A stretch of DNA of 64,000 bases from Calcarisporiella thermophila CBS 279.70 (lineage: Eukaryota; Fungi; Calcarisporiellomycota): assembly GCF_041956535.1 (NCBI RefSeq), contig NW_027192196.1, forward strand, positions 985,823-1,049,822. The letters run 5' to 3'. The notes below the pieces were generated by a model. It saw only the letters and a program-made list of their open reading frames with translations, had not been told where the DNA came from and did no database searches. Below are positions 11,367 through 22,706 of this stretch, piece after piece. The position numbers and the translations under genes are program-made. Positions within the stretch are counted from its first letter, which is position 1. Each line of letters begins with the position of its first letter.

Positions 11367-13391
11367 TCATGATCTCCGTGGGTTTTCTCCCATAAATGAT
11401 TTTCGCAGCCCTTCGCCGATGCCATTTTCCACCTCCTCCTGAGGGATATGAGACTGCCTCAATGGCGGCTCCCGCTCCTCGTTCAAGGTGCCGTATCCAA
11501 TATGATTGCTCCTTGGGGCATCCTTCTTGATCAGGGCGGTATTGGTATCTCGAGGGATGTTGTCGGAGGAGGGCCTCAGGTGCAGAAGATGGCCTTGCTG
11601 CGATTGGAATTGTGCGCGCCATTTATGAACGTCGAAGAGAGGGTGAAGACGTGGGCTCCCGGGCAGTTTGAATGGCTTGCGGATGACCTTGACTTTCTTG
11701 TGCACTAGAGGAGGATGAGAGGATGGCGAGCGCATTAGCGGCTCTGGTGTACATTCAGACTTAGCATGGAAGAGAAAATTTACCATCCACGTAGACTGAT
11801 CCCACGCCCCCAAGAAGCCCATTAGAGAGGTCAGTAAAAGCTGGCAGTGAAGGGGTAGTGAGGTTTCTTACCGTCAGTTTCGTCGATAATCTCTTCGCCT
11901 ATCAGCTCCTCTATCACGTCCTCGAGAGTTATCACCCCTAGGGGCTTGCATTCAGGATCACTGGGGTCGTAAACCAGCACCATGTGGCTTCTTCCCTCCT
12001 GGAAGAAATTGAGCACGTCGAGACAACTGGTGTGAGACGGCATCGCGGGGAGCGTGGAGAGATGAAATGCAGACACTTTCCGAGGAAAGAGAGGGTTAGA
12101 GGAGAGAAGAGAGAGAGTTAGGGCCGTCGGTAGCAATTCCAGTCCATGCTATATTCCATGTCACTTTCACTCTGCTTACCAGGCAGCCGATCCTCAGGGT
12201 CACAAGTAATCAGTTGCTTGACCAAAAGCATGCCCACGAAGTTGGTTTTTCCCGGCGGCGCATAAACGGGTATCCGTGAATATCCAGCCAGGAGGATGCG
12301 GTATAGCGTCTGCTCATCTAGAATGTGATCCGTACTCAGCGTGAACACGTCCTCGAGGGGCGTCATGACCGCAGAGACCGGCTTCTCGCGTAAATCGAGG
12401 ACGGCGCCAATGATCGTCACCTCATCCTCAGTGAGACCCTCAAAATTGTCGTTGTCTCCTTGGTGAAGGGAAACAAGAGTTTTTAGCTCTAAAAGGAGAA
12501 AAAATAGGAAACAGAGGGGGTGAGAATTCATCCGAAAAGAAGGTAGGAGTCGTGGGGGCAAAATTGGTACCTGCTTTGCGGTAAGTAATTCCCCTGTCTT
12601 CCCCAAGACAATAGTCGAGCAGCAGAGCAATCGGGTAGGCAATGGGATAGAGGAGGTACATAAGAATGAGCACAAACCAAAAAAAGAACGAACCTATGAC
12701 GAGCCCATGGCGAACACAAATAGCTGGAGAAGAGAGGAAGAAAAGAAAGGTCAGGGTGAGCAACATTGCATAGCTTCAATGGAGCCATGATACCTTGGGG
12801 GATGATTCTGTTGGCCGGATTCAAGGCAAACAATGCGGGAAATGAGATTAGTAAGGATACAAAAAGGCACGGGCCCTCGAATTAAAGCCGATACGTACTC
12901 GCCGAAAATCACGATTAAAGCGGTCGAAATCAGGACAGCAGGCCAGCCACCGCTAAATATAGAGTCAAGCACGATCGGCAGGGTCTCATTGACAATGACA
13001 TTGGACAAGAGTAGAGTCACCAATATCCAGTGCTTCCCCCGTCGCAGAAGACTGAGAATCTTCTCAGCATGCTGGCGGTCACGAAGCTCTCCCGACTGGG
13101 CGAGTATTTGAATGTGGGTCGAATCGATCCCCATTAGCGCGAGGGTCAGCCCTAAGATTGGGGTATAGGTGAGAAACTTTCAACAGGGCCTCCAATTCCC
13201 ATTCAGCAACCTGCAAAGATTCCGCCCATGCAAACCAGAATAATCATCACGGTTAACTTCCACCAAAATGAGGAGTAATCTACGGGGAGCAGGTGGTTAT
13301 GACCCAAAAGGCGGGGCGGTGATGCATGGCTCGGCGATATGAAGTGCGCGAGCCCCCACCATAGCCCCCAGCTACACCGAGGTATGGACAT
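11367..13391 (-). CDS. MAM3: CNNM/DUF21 + CBS-pair metal (Mg/Mn) homeostasis membrane protein (multi-exon)
   Basis: [65 protein letters not shown] and [22 protein letters not shown]. Confidence 0.93.
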
Positions 13392-14340
13392 TGTGGTTGC
13401 GTGGTGGCAAAGATAAGTCTCCCTATTTCTCGGGAAAAAAAAAATATCCTTCTTAGCTCTCAGGCGACAGAGGGAGAGTCACAGCCCAGTGTGTTGAGGT
13501 GGATACCAGTCAAGGGGAAAATTAGTGGGAGGAAACAAAAACAAAGCTTTCTTTAAGAGGGCCGTGGGGGTGTGCCCTTATTTCCCTTCCTGCCTGATGG
13601 TCATAGAGTTTTGGGAAACTTTGGAGGGGGAGGAGAGTGGCGGCTTGAATCCCATAATTCCGCCGAATTCCACTCGGCTCCACTTCAGTAAAACCCCGAC
13701 CCGGGCCCAAGCTGGTTTTCTCTAAAAAAGGGCGCGCGGCCGCGAATTGGAGGGAATCCCCCACCCTCTCATCTCGCACTGCCGGACGCGAGCCCCTTGG
13801 CCATCGAGTGGCTGGGGCCACGTTCTGAATGGTCATCCAGACATTTAGCGCGCATAATCTTTGGGCTGTGGGTGGCCCACGACTGGCGTTCGTCTCGATG
13901 AGGCTGGAAGGCCGGGGCTGCCTGCCATTAACTCTAAACAACATACCACGGCTAGACATTGGATCGAGAATCCCGCTTTCTATTGAGAATTTTAGTTTAA
14001 TAATATTGTTTTGGGGTGGGGAAAATAGAAGAAAGAAGGAAAACATAGACAGGGTCACACTCCATCCAGGTAAATAATAGAGGAAAGGAAGAAGAAGGAA
14101 AAAAAAAAAAGAAGCGAAGAGACAACGAAAAAGAAAGATAAAGAATAAGCGACAAGCCATATTCACAGAAAAATAAAGATAACACACATGCACAGAAGAT
14201 ACTATTGTTGCCATTGATAACGATTAATTAAATTTTAAACGATGAGGAGAGAGAGGGGAAAACAAAAGGTCAAGCAAAAGAAGACAGAGTGGAAGGCAAA
14301 GTGGAGCGCAGAGACGAAAGAGAAGATGAAAAGAGAATGG

Positions 14341-14374
14341 GAGAGAGGGAGAGAGGAGAGAGAGAGAGAGAGAG
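14341..14374 (+). repeat. (GA)n microsatellite just 3' of the F-box gene
   Basis: Run of imperfect GA dinucleotides. Confidence 0.85.
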
Positions 14375-14386
14375 AAATAAAAAGAG

Positions 14387-16015
14387 TTAGCTCTTTTTAT
14401 TCTCCTCTTCCTCGTCCTCCTCTTCCTCAATCTCCTCGATCTCGTCATCTTCGACCCCCACCGCCTCCGTCTCCTCCTCTTCCCCCTCGGTCTCCTGGGG
14501 CGCCTTCCAAAGCAACCAGCCGCCAACGTATCGGAACTCGGCATCGTGGTACATGCCCACCATTCCAAACGCACAGGTCCGCCCCTCGTACACAAACTCC
14601 GTTTCCTCGGGGTCGTTGTATTGCTTCACAAAGGAGACCACCCCGTCGTCACTACACCGCCCGCGCTTGATGGTGAAGATGTCGTCGGCATCCACGCCTT
14701 GCCCGGAGAACATCATGAAGGGTCGGTGGACGCTGAAGACCTGGGCCGGGGCAAAGGGGCTGGTGCCCGAGGGGAGAAAATGGGTGGGGGTGGGCTGGGA
14801 TGAGTTGGGCAGATGGGGGCCGCCGGAGCCGGCGGCGGCGGTGCTCGTGCCGGTGGGGTCGGCGGCGGTGGGCACGGGGGGCGGGTGGGAGGGCGGGGGG
14901 GGATGCACCTCCTCGAACCGCAGTTGCAAGTCCATCCACACAAACTTTTCGAAGTAATTCGAGTCTGCGTCGTAGTAGAAATAGTGGCCGAGCCACCGCC
15001 CGCTGAAGGCGGAAAGGTCCTCCAGCGGCATGATCATGCTGACTGGCTCCCCCAGATCGTAGTAGTCGAAGACGGCCGAGGCCGGGATGATCCGATGCGG
15101 GATAAGGCCGAGGTGCTCCTCGAGGATGGCGGGGTCCATGTCCGTCATGCTGTCGGAGTCGTCCATTTCCTGGCGGCGGAAGCTTGCCACGGCGAGCAGG
15201 TGGATGGCATGGGTGGTCACGATGGTCATCCGCGTGCGCGAGTCCATGTGTTTTTGCATCACCTCAACGAGGCCGTCGCGGGCGCTGAGCTCCCTCCCCA
15301 CGGGATCATCTAAGCAGAGAGAAAAAGAGGCGCGGATCAATAGAGAATTCGGGCGAAGGAGAAGAAAGCAACCGAGCCGGAGCAAGCAGGTAGGCGATGC
15401 AGAGCCAGCTATGGATCCATACCCCATGCACTGAGCATCGAGAGTATCACGACGCACGCCTCGAAGCAATTCGCAGACAGGCGGTGCTGTCTATCATCCT
15501 CTTCCAAGATGTCTGCTACAAATGTGTGCACCCCCGCCCCTATCAGATGCTGCGTCGCCTCTCCATCTAGTAACGAAAAGAGGTGAGTTGTGCGACCTAG
15601 TGCGGCGTGAGAAATTCCGGATACGCTTACCGTTCTCGACGACGATATCCCACAGCATCTTAATCACGGCATCCACCCCGATCTGTTCCGCGCCCGCCCG
15701 CAAATTTCGCAATATCCGGAATCTTGCTGCGACGTCATTTCGCCAGCCACCATTGCTTCTCTGCCGGGGGGTGTACACCCATCCATAGCGCATGCGGTCA
15801 AGCGGACAACCCGTCCGCCAGCCGGCGGTGGCATGCCCACGCAGGCCAAATGCACAAGAGAATGCTATTTTCCACAAACGATCATCATCAATAACGTCAT
15901 GCCACCGCCGGCACACACCCGCAACGGTGCAGAGATCCTGGTAGGGGCGATCAAGCGATGGAAGGAACGAGGCGATGGAAAAGAGGACCTCCTGTGGGAG
16001 CTCATCCAGGTGCAT
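14387..16015 (-). CDS. F-box protein with C-terminal Gly/aromatic beta-rich domain and acidic tail (3 exons)
   Basis: N-terminal LDELPQEVLFSIASFL...VCRRWHDVIDDDRLWK is an F-box. Introns at about 15630-15567 and 15422-15310 keep the frame. Confidence 0.88.
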
Positions 16016-16098
16016 GGTGTATAAGGGGTGGATTGAATTGGGAGAATGGAAAATTATGGGGAGAGGAAAAAGCTAAAATCGAGTAGGAATGGGGGAGA

Positions 16099-16101
16099 GA
16101 A

Positions 16102-16145
<44 letters not shown>

Positions 16146-16860
16146 NNNNNNNNNNNNNNNNNNNNNNNNNNNNNNNNNNNNNNNNNNNNNNNNNNNNNNN
16201 NNNNNNNNNNNNNNNNNNNNNNNNNNNNNNNNNNNNNNNNNNNNNNNNNNNNNNNNNNNNNNNNNNNNNNNNNNNNNNNNNNNNNNNNNNNNNNNNNNNN
16301 NNNNNNNNNNNNNNNNNNNNNNNNNNNNNNNNNNNNNNNNNNNNNNNNNNNNNNNNNNNNNNNNNNNNNNNNNNNNNNNNNNNNNNNNNNNNNNNNNNNN
16401 NNNNNNNNNNNNNNNNNNNNNNNNNNNNNNNNNNNNNNNNNNNNNNNNNNNNNNNNNNNNNNNNNNNNNNNNNNNNNNNNNNNNNNNNNNNNNNNNNNNN
16501 NNNNNNNNNNNNNNNNNNNNNNNNNNNNNNNNNNNNNNNNNNNNNNNNNNNNNNNNNNNNNNNNNNNNNNNNNNNNNNNNNNNNNNNNNNNNNNNNNNNN
16601 NNNNNNNNNNNNNNNNNNNNNNNNNNNNNNNNNNNNNNNNNNNNNNNNNNNNNNNNNNNNNNNNNNNNNNNNNNNNNNNNNNNNNNNNNNNNNNNNNNNN
16701 NNNNNNNNNNNNNNNNNNNNNNNNNNNNNNNNNNNNNNNNNNNNNNNNNNNNNNNNNNNNNNNNNNNNNNNNNNNNNNNNNNNNNNNNNNNNNNNNNNNN
16801 NNNNNNNNNNNNNNNNNNNNNNNNNNNNNNNNNNNNNNNNNNNNNNGAGAGAGAGAGAGA
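16099..16860. other. Assembly gap (701 N, 16146-16846) flanked on both sides by (GA)n microsatellite
   Basis: N run with GA repeats at both ends. Confidence 0.99.
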
Positions 16861-17446
16861 AAGGGTGGAGGGCGGATAACAACAGTAAGCAATCGGCAAC
16901 AGGGTCAGCAACAGCAACAGCAACAGCAGCCGTATGAAATGGTGGATTCTAAATGGAAGGCGCGTCAGTGAAGAGAGCAAAAATAATTAAAAGGAAAAAT
17001 AGGTGCTTGCAGACGGGGAAATTTTCTCTGGAGAAATCTGTCACATCCATCATCGCTGGAAGCTGCGAATCCGTATCGATATCTGTATATCCCTAGATTA
17101 CAGCCTGCCACGTCTCCATACAACCGCGCTCCCCCTCCAGCCTAATGATAAGGGGGGCCGACATTTGCATGGGCACCACACCGCCGCACCACTGCCGTTT
17201 GCCGCCCCCCTCCCCCTCACCGCCACACCTTCGAATTAATAGCTCAGTCGCATGGAATAAGGAGAAACAAAATAAAGCTACCTTGAATTAGGCAATTTTC
17301 CTAATCATCGAAGAATTCGGCAAATATCCCGACTGAAATCACTTGCATGCTCATGTAAAAAAATCCGCTTTTCATATCGGGCGATGAAAAAGGAATTTAT
17401 TCTTCTTCCAGAGACTCCTTCTCTCATTCCTCTATAATTAGAATAG

Positions 17447-18257
17447 ATGCAGACACGGAAATACATCTTTGTGCTTACTCTACTGGTTCTTCTTGTCGTC
17501 CTCCCCTCCCTCTACTACCTCAGCTACTCGCAGGACGATGATGACGATGTGTTCCTGCACTCCATGATCTTGGCATCGCCTCCCATCGACGAGAGCGTGC
17601 GGGATGGCGGCGTAATTATGACGGAGCTGACCAACTCGACCATCAGGTGAGATTCTCCATTTGCTTTCGTGCTGCCATGTCCATACTAGATCAGGTGTGC
17701 TCTCTCTTCTAGGGCGGAGCTAGGACGATCCACTTGGCGGGTAAGTCTAATCACGGCGATCTTATCTCCGATACCGCCCTCTCTAACCTCGTTCTCCCCC
17801 TCTCTCTCTTCCCCCCCCCCCCTCCATCTCTCTCGCCTTCCTTATGGTAGTTGCTTCACACCATGACGGCTAGATTTCCGACCTCCCCCACCCAAGATGA
17901 AAAAGATGCACTCAAGCACTTTATATACCTTCTCTCCCGACTTTATCCCTGCGGGCAGTGGTAAGTGCACTTCTCTGGACGCTCCATTGGTTGCGCTCAT
18001 TTTTTTCTCCTGGTACATCTGATCATGCGGATAGCGCCCACGAGTTCCAGCAGATCCTCAAGAGGTATCCGCCGCAGGTGTCCTCCCGCGAAGCTGCATC
18101 TCAGTGGGCATGCGCGGTGCACAACATCGTCAACAAGCGCCTGGGCAAGGAGGAGTTCGACTGTGGCCAGATTGCAGACAAGTACAAGTGCGGGTGCGAG
18201 GGCGAGGAGAACAAGGCCAAGCTGAACGCGCGTTCATTCTCCCACTCGATTCTCTAA
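17447..18257 (+). CDS. ERV2: ERV/ALR FAD-linked sulfhydryl oxidase, ER type; exons 17447-17646, 17713-17740, 17851-17960, 18035-18257
   Basis: N-terminal TM anchor; RAELGRSTWRLLHT; YPCGQCAHEF (CxxC split by an intron); HNIVNKRLGK; C-terminal CGC typical of Erv2. Confidence 0.94.
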
Positions 18258-18887
18258 ACCTTGCTGCCACTTCCTGTAGAGGCCGCCTCTGTATAGCGAG
18301 GGGGTGGGGGAGCTCTTCTGGACTTTAATTTTGCATTTGCTTTCTTGGGTTTATATTGTTTTTTCCTATTTTGTCCGCTTTTGAAAATAGCAGCCATATA
18401 GAGTTGTCATCATGTTGTATGGAAATAGATAAAAATGGTGTATATTTCAAAAAGGCAATCTCTGCAGTCACCGTGATGCCAGCCGGGCTGGAGGGCTTTG
18501 CAGCCTCGCCCGAAAGTTTGGCCGCCCGGCTATCCGCAGGCCAAATCCGAGGCGGATAGGCGGGAAAAGGCCCAAATGGCGTGCTTCTTTCGCACTCTGC
18601 TGCGGCTGGCATTCAAAGCGGGCGGCCCTTTAACCTTGTCGCGGGCGTCGCCTCCTGCAGCCGCAGCGCGACAGCGGCGATGCCTCGGGCATGTCGAGGC
18701 TGGGGGCAGGAGGAGGGGGGGCGGCAGCGTGCGTGCGAAGTTGACTAATCAAGCAGGCCTTGGGCCAGCTCTATAGCGATTAGCCAGCGGGACTCTTACT
18801 CGATATGGCCTGGAAATTTCTTACTATATTCCGTGCAATTTTATATTCGTCGAATTTTTTTTGCGTGTGTTCCATATGTATTGGTGC

Positions 18888-18959
18888 TGACTCAAGCCAA
18901 CCGCTGGGCGGGATAATCTTTTGATCAGAAATTTTTTAGCTTGAATTCGATTGACTCAT
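18888..18959 (+). promoter_or_regulatory. Two TGACTCA (Gcn4/CpcA/AP-1-type) sites upstream of the cyclin
   Basis: TGACTCA at 18888-18894 and 18952-18958; near-match TGACTAA at 18742-18748. Confidence 0.6.
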
Positions 18960-19242
18960 GGAAGAATTGCGATAATAAAAAGTATCGGCTCGAGAGAACC
19001 CCTAACCTCCCAGAAAATTTTTTCAAGTCAGCGCTAGCCCCCTCTGTAATTATCCTTCACGTTTGCATAGAGCCGGCCGCCCCCATACTCCCGTAGCCTC
19101 TATTTTCTCCCCCTTTCACCTGGATCATATCTCCTCATCACTATACCTGCCTCGCTGTCTTGATCTGAGCTTTGATCTTCATTTTTAGTCCTTGGCATCT
19201 GTATCAATACTCCCTCCCGCTTCGCTTCTAGAGCTCCCCACC

Positions 19243-20193
19243 ATGATCTTCTTTGTCCCGGCTACGATCCCCGAATCGATGCAGGGATTATGCACAGCCT
19301 TAGATTTCCACACATCCGCCCTTACCCCCAAGCACCGCACATCCTCAGAAAGGAGCAGCAAACCCACCCCTCGGCGCTCCAGACAACACCGCTTCAACCC
19401 CACCGCTCGCCCCGCTGACAAACCCGAGCGAGATCAGCAGCGTGCCGTGCAGCCCTTTGCCGCCAATTTCGTCGACGTCGCCACCCTGATCATCGGCTCG
19501 ATCTGGCCCCAATCCGTCTCCTCCATCTCCAACTCCAGGATCCTGCCTCTGCGCGAGTTCATTGAGGTCACCCTCCGCCGCTCGCATGCATCCTACTCCA
19601 CATTTCAGACCGCCCTCTTCTACATGTGCCGGGTACGCACCAAGGTCCTTGAGCAGCGCCAGGCCGGCGAGTGCCATTTTCGCTGCGGCCGGCGTGCTTT
19701 TCTGGGCGCCCTGATCGTGTCCAACAAATTCCTCCAGGACAGAAACTACTCCAACCGCGCCTGGGCCCGGATCAGCGGGCTGTCTAGCGCGGAGGTTGCC
19801 TCGATCGAGCGCTCCTTCCTGGGCCTGATCGAGTATCGCCTCTTTGTGACCAAGGAGACGTTCGAGAGCTGGACCGGCTTCATGATTGCCCAGGCCACCA
19901 AGCTGCGCGGGGTCAAGCTGGGCGGTGCTTTCGGCGCCGAGGCGCAGAGCCCCATGGCCGCCCGTGTGGCCATCCCCCCCGCCCACCCGGAGAAGCTGGC
20001 TGAGCCCATGCCGACGGTGGCCGCCGTCGGCGACATGCCCTCGCCCTGCACCCCGAGCCACGAGCTCCCCAGCCCCGGCCCGTTCTTTGCCCCCGGTGGA
20101 CTCGCCTCTACTGGCTCCGCCGACTACCCCTCCCCTGCCTTCTCCTCCGCCAGCACCTCGGGTGTCTTGGCGGATGTGGAAGTGTCTGTGTGA
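19243..20193 (+). CDS. Pho85-family cyclin, Pcl5/Pas1-like (intronless)
   Basis: Cyclin box LREFIEVTLRRSHASYSTFQTALFY...CGRRAFLGALIVSNKFLQDRNYSNRAWARISGL; S/P-rich PEST-like tail. First ATG at 19243. Confidence 0.9.
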   Translation: MIFFVPATIPESMQGLCTALDFHTSALTPKHRTSSERSSKPTPRRSRQHRFNPTARPADKPERDQQRAVQPFAANFVDVATLIIGSIWPQSVSSISNSRILPLREFIEVTLRRSHASYSTFQTALFYMCRVRTKVLEQRQAGECHFRCGRRAFLGALIVSNKFLQDRNYSNRAWARISGLSSAEVASIERSFLGLIEYRLFVTKETFESWTGFMIAQATKLRGVKLGGAFGAEAQSPMAARVAIPPAHPEKLAEPMPTVAAVGDMPSPCTPSHELPSPGPFFAPGGLASTGSADYPSPAFSSASTSGVLADVEVSV

Positions 20194-20810
20194 CCTCTCT
20201 ATATATATTCCTCCTCCCCCTTTTTATATTATGTGATATATAATGATTTATGTTCAAATGTGTAGTAATTAATGAAACATAATATCAAATAAAGCCGCGA
20301 AAAAAGCAGAAAAAAAAGGACCCAAAGCCATCTTTTAAAGGGGGCCTCGAGACCTACCCCGGTCGGCTCTGCTTTGGTTGGGGACGGGAGGAGGTAGCTA
20401 TCAGCAAAGGCATTATGTGAATGCGTTAGCATATATAAACTGTAAGGAGGAATGTATACCTTTGGTTGCAATTTCTGCGTATTCTTTTCCCGTGTCACGC
20501 TTACCGGTTAGGTGCAAAGTTTTCCCTAAAACCTTGTCTTTGTTTAAGAGTAGGGTTACGAAGCATAGAGGGGTTGAAGTTCAAGACCGTGATACTCTTA
20601 TATTTTTCGTTTGGATTAAAAATAATAAAAGAGATCATATAAAGTATTATAAAAAAAAGAAATGAAATTAAAACATTTGTACAGCCCATATTTTTTCCCC
20701 CCCTAGAAAAGAAATAAAACAATGATCAAACGAGGATACTTCAGTAATGAGGCGAAAAAAAAAACGAAAGTTCTATCATTTCCACTATTATTCAAACAAA
20801 AAGTCCCGAG

Positions 20811-21844
20811 TTACTTGACCCTAATCCGCTTATTGCGTTGTGTGTCTTCCTCATTTTCTGCCGTTGCACCCTCATCCTCAAGCTCATCTTCCTCCTCCTC
20901 TTCCTCCTCTTCCTCCTCTGCCTCTCCTGCATCCTCATAATGCTCTTCCTCTTCTTCCTCTTCGTCCAATACCTCTTCTTCCTCCTCCTCCTCCTCCTCC
21001 TCCTGCTCAAGATTTCGAGGATGTCTGTTCTCATCCATAGGCTCTGCAGGTGCCATCGTCGGTGCATCCTTCCGATATGGAACTCCAGTCACCTGCCTTT
21101 GCAGCAGCGGGCCACGTTCCTCCTTGCCGAGCCCCTTGCCTGGTGGATACCCATTTCCATACTTCAGCTGATAGTCTTTTTCGCGCTTGAAGCCGAGGAT
21201 ATGCGGCTCCGGCTAAGAGAAGGGCGAGAGGGGATAAGAAACATGAATTCACACGCATCACCCCCCGGCAACTCCTTTTCCGGCCGCATACACGGAGTGT
21301 AAGAGCCAAGCAACGGGAAATGACTTACCGTATGGACGAGGTAGTGCTCCCACCCCACCGACTGCACCACGCCGATCGACCGCCATTCTTCCTCTATTGA
21401 TGGAATCGCATAGATGAGAATCTCTCTGGTTCTGCGTTAGTATGGGGCGCCATTACCAGTTAATAATCGGAGAACGCGCGGATTCTCCTGGTCAAAAAAG
21501 TGGCGGGGAATATATCGTAACATCTCTTTCGGGAGAGTGACATGCCTATGCATTCGAAAACAAGGGTAAGGTTTCCTGCCCACCCATCCAAGAAGAAGAG
21601 CCGCTATCGCCCTATGCAGCACCCACCTGTACTCTGAGACATCATCGCTATACCGCGGGGAGTAGACGATCCGCTCGGCTAGCCGTTCTAGCTTGCTTAA
21701 ATTCTCTTTACTAATCTTGGGAGCATATCGCGAGCGGGATTCTCTGGTTTCCTCTTCCTCCTCCTCCTCCACCTCTTCTTCCTCCACCTCATCGAAATGA
21801 TTTTCGTCATTGCCCGCATCGTGGCAATACTCTATGCGCGGCAT
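20811..21844 (-). CDS. CKS1: CDK regulatory subunit Cks1/Suc1 with poly-Glu N- and C-terminal extensions (4 exons)
   Basis: After splicing: YSPRYSDDVSEYRHVTLPK...[35 protein letters not shown]. Confidence 0.93.
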
Positions 21845-22706
21845 TCTGGGATCCAGTTCTGATGTTCCTGCCCTAGAATGTTCTTTCTAGGCAATGTGTT
21901 TGGAAGGGGACAGAGTCGGAGAAAATGCTGTTATCCTGGGGGGGCTTTTTTTTTGGAATGGCAAAGGACGAGAGCGAAAGAACGAGAGGGAACGAGAGAG
22001 AGAGAAAGAGAGCAAGGGCTGGTGAATGAGCAGACACTACAAACACACGATCAAGCGCACGCACACGCAATGGTCCTTTCAGGCAGAGAGTATGTTCTAG
22101 ATCTTGACGAGAGAGACGGAGGGGTTAAACCAGAGTGATGATGGAAACAGCCCATTCAACAATGAGAGGAACAGAAATAACAAACACAAAATAAATAAAG
22201 ACGTAGAGGGCCAATGTTTGAGTTGTTTTGGATAGAGAAGGAAGGAGGGGGAGTAGGACTTTAAAAAGCGGAAGCAAGCATCGGGGTGGAGGGGAAGCTC
22301 GATCCACCGCAATGCACACGATCGAAAGAAAGTACGGAAATGAATGCTTACCCGTGTTCCAACCTGCAGAGGGATCTCCCAAAACCGAGTGAACCGCAAT
22401 CAAAAATAAAAGCTGCTGCTGCTCTTGGTGACCAACTCCACTCGTTACAAGGAAAATGCTTAAAAGCATTCAGAAAGGTTGAAGAAAAGTGGACTCCAAA
22501 TTCGACGTTGGATCACTTCCGCCTTTATTATATGAAACGGCCTGCGTTCGATAATAAAAAAGAAATAGGAACACACAGTGGGAATATACAAAATAGGGCT
22601 GAAATAAACCAAAACAGGGTGCAAGAAATCGAAAGAGAGTGAAATAGGTGGGGAAGTGAATCCTTGAGAGTCAAGGAAAGACCTTTATAGAAATGTACAT
22701 GGATAT

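Noticed and set aside
13522-14214. 230-aa ORF upstream of MAM3
   Set aside because: Spans a T-rich 3'UTR and promoter; no codon bias or recognisable domain.
16002-16980. ORFs crossing the N gap
   Set aside because: Artefacts of translating Ns and (GA)n.
21546-21626. Stop-free 3n introns (CKS1 81 nt, PH gene 105 nt, SWR1 63 nt, AMD1 72 nt) as retained-intron isoforms
   Set aside because: With roughly a hundred short introns in the window several are expected by chance, and retention in CKS1 would break the fold.
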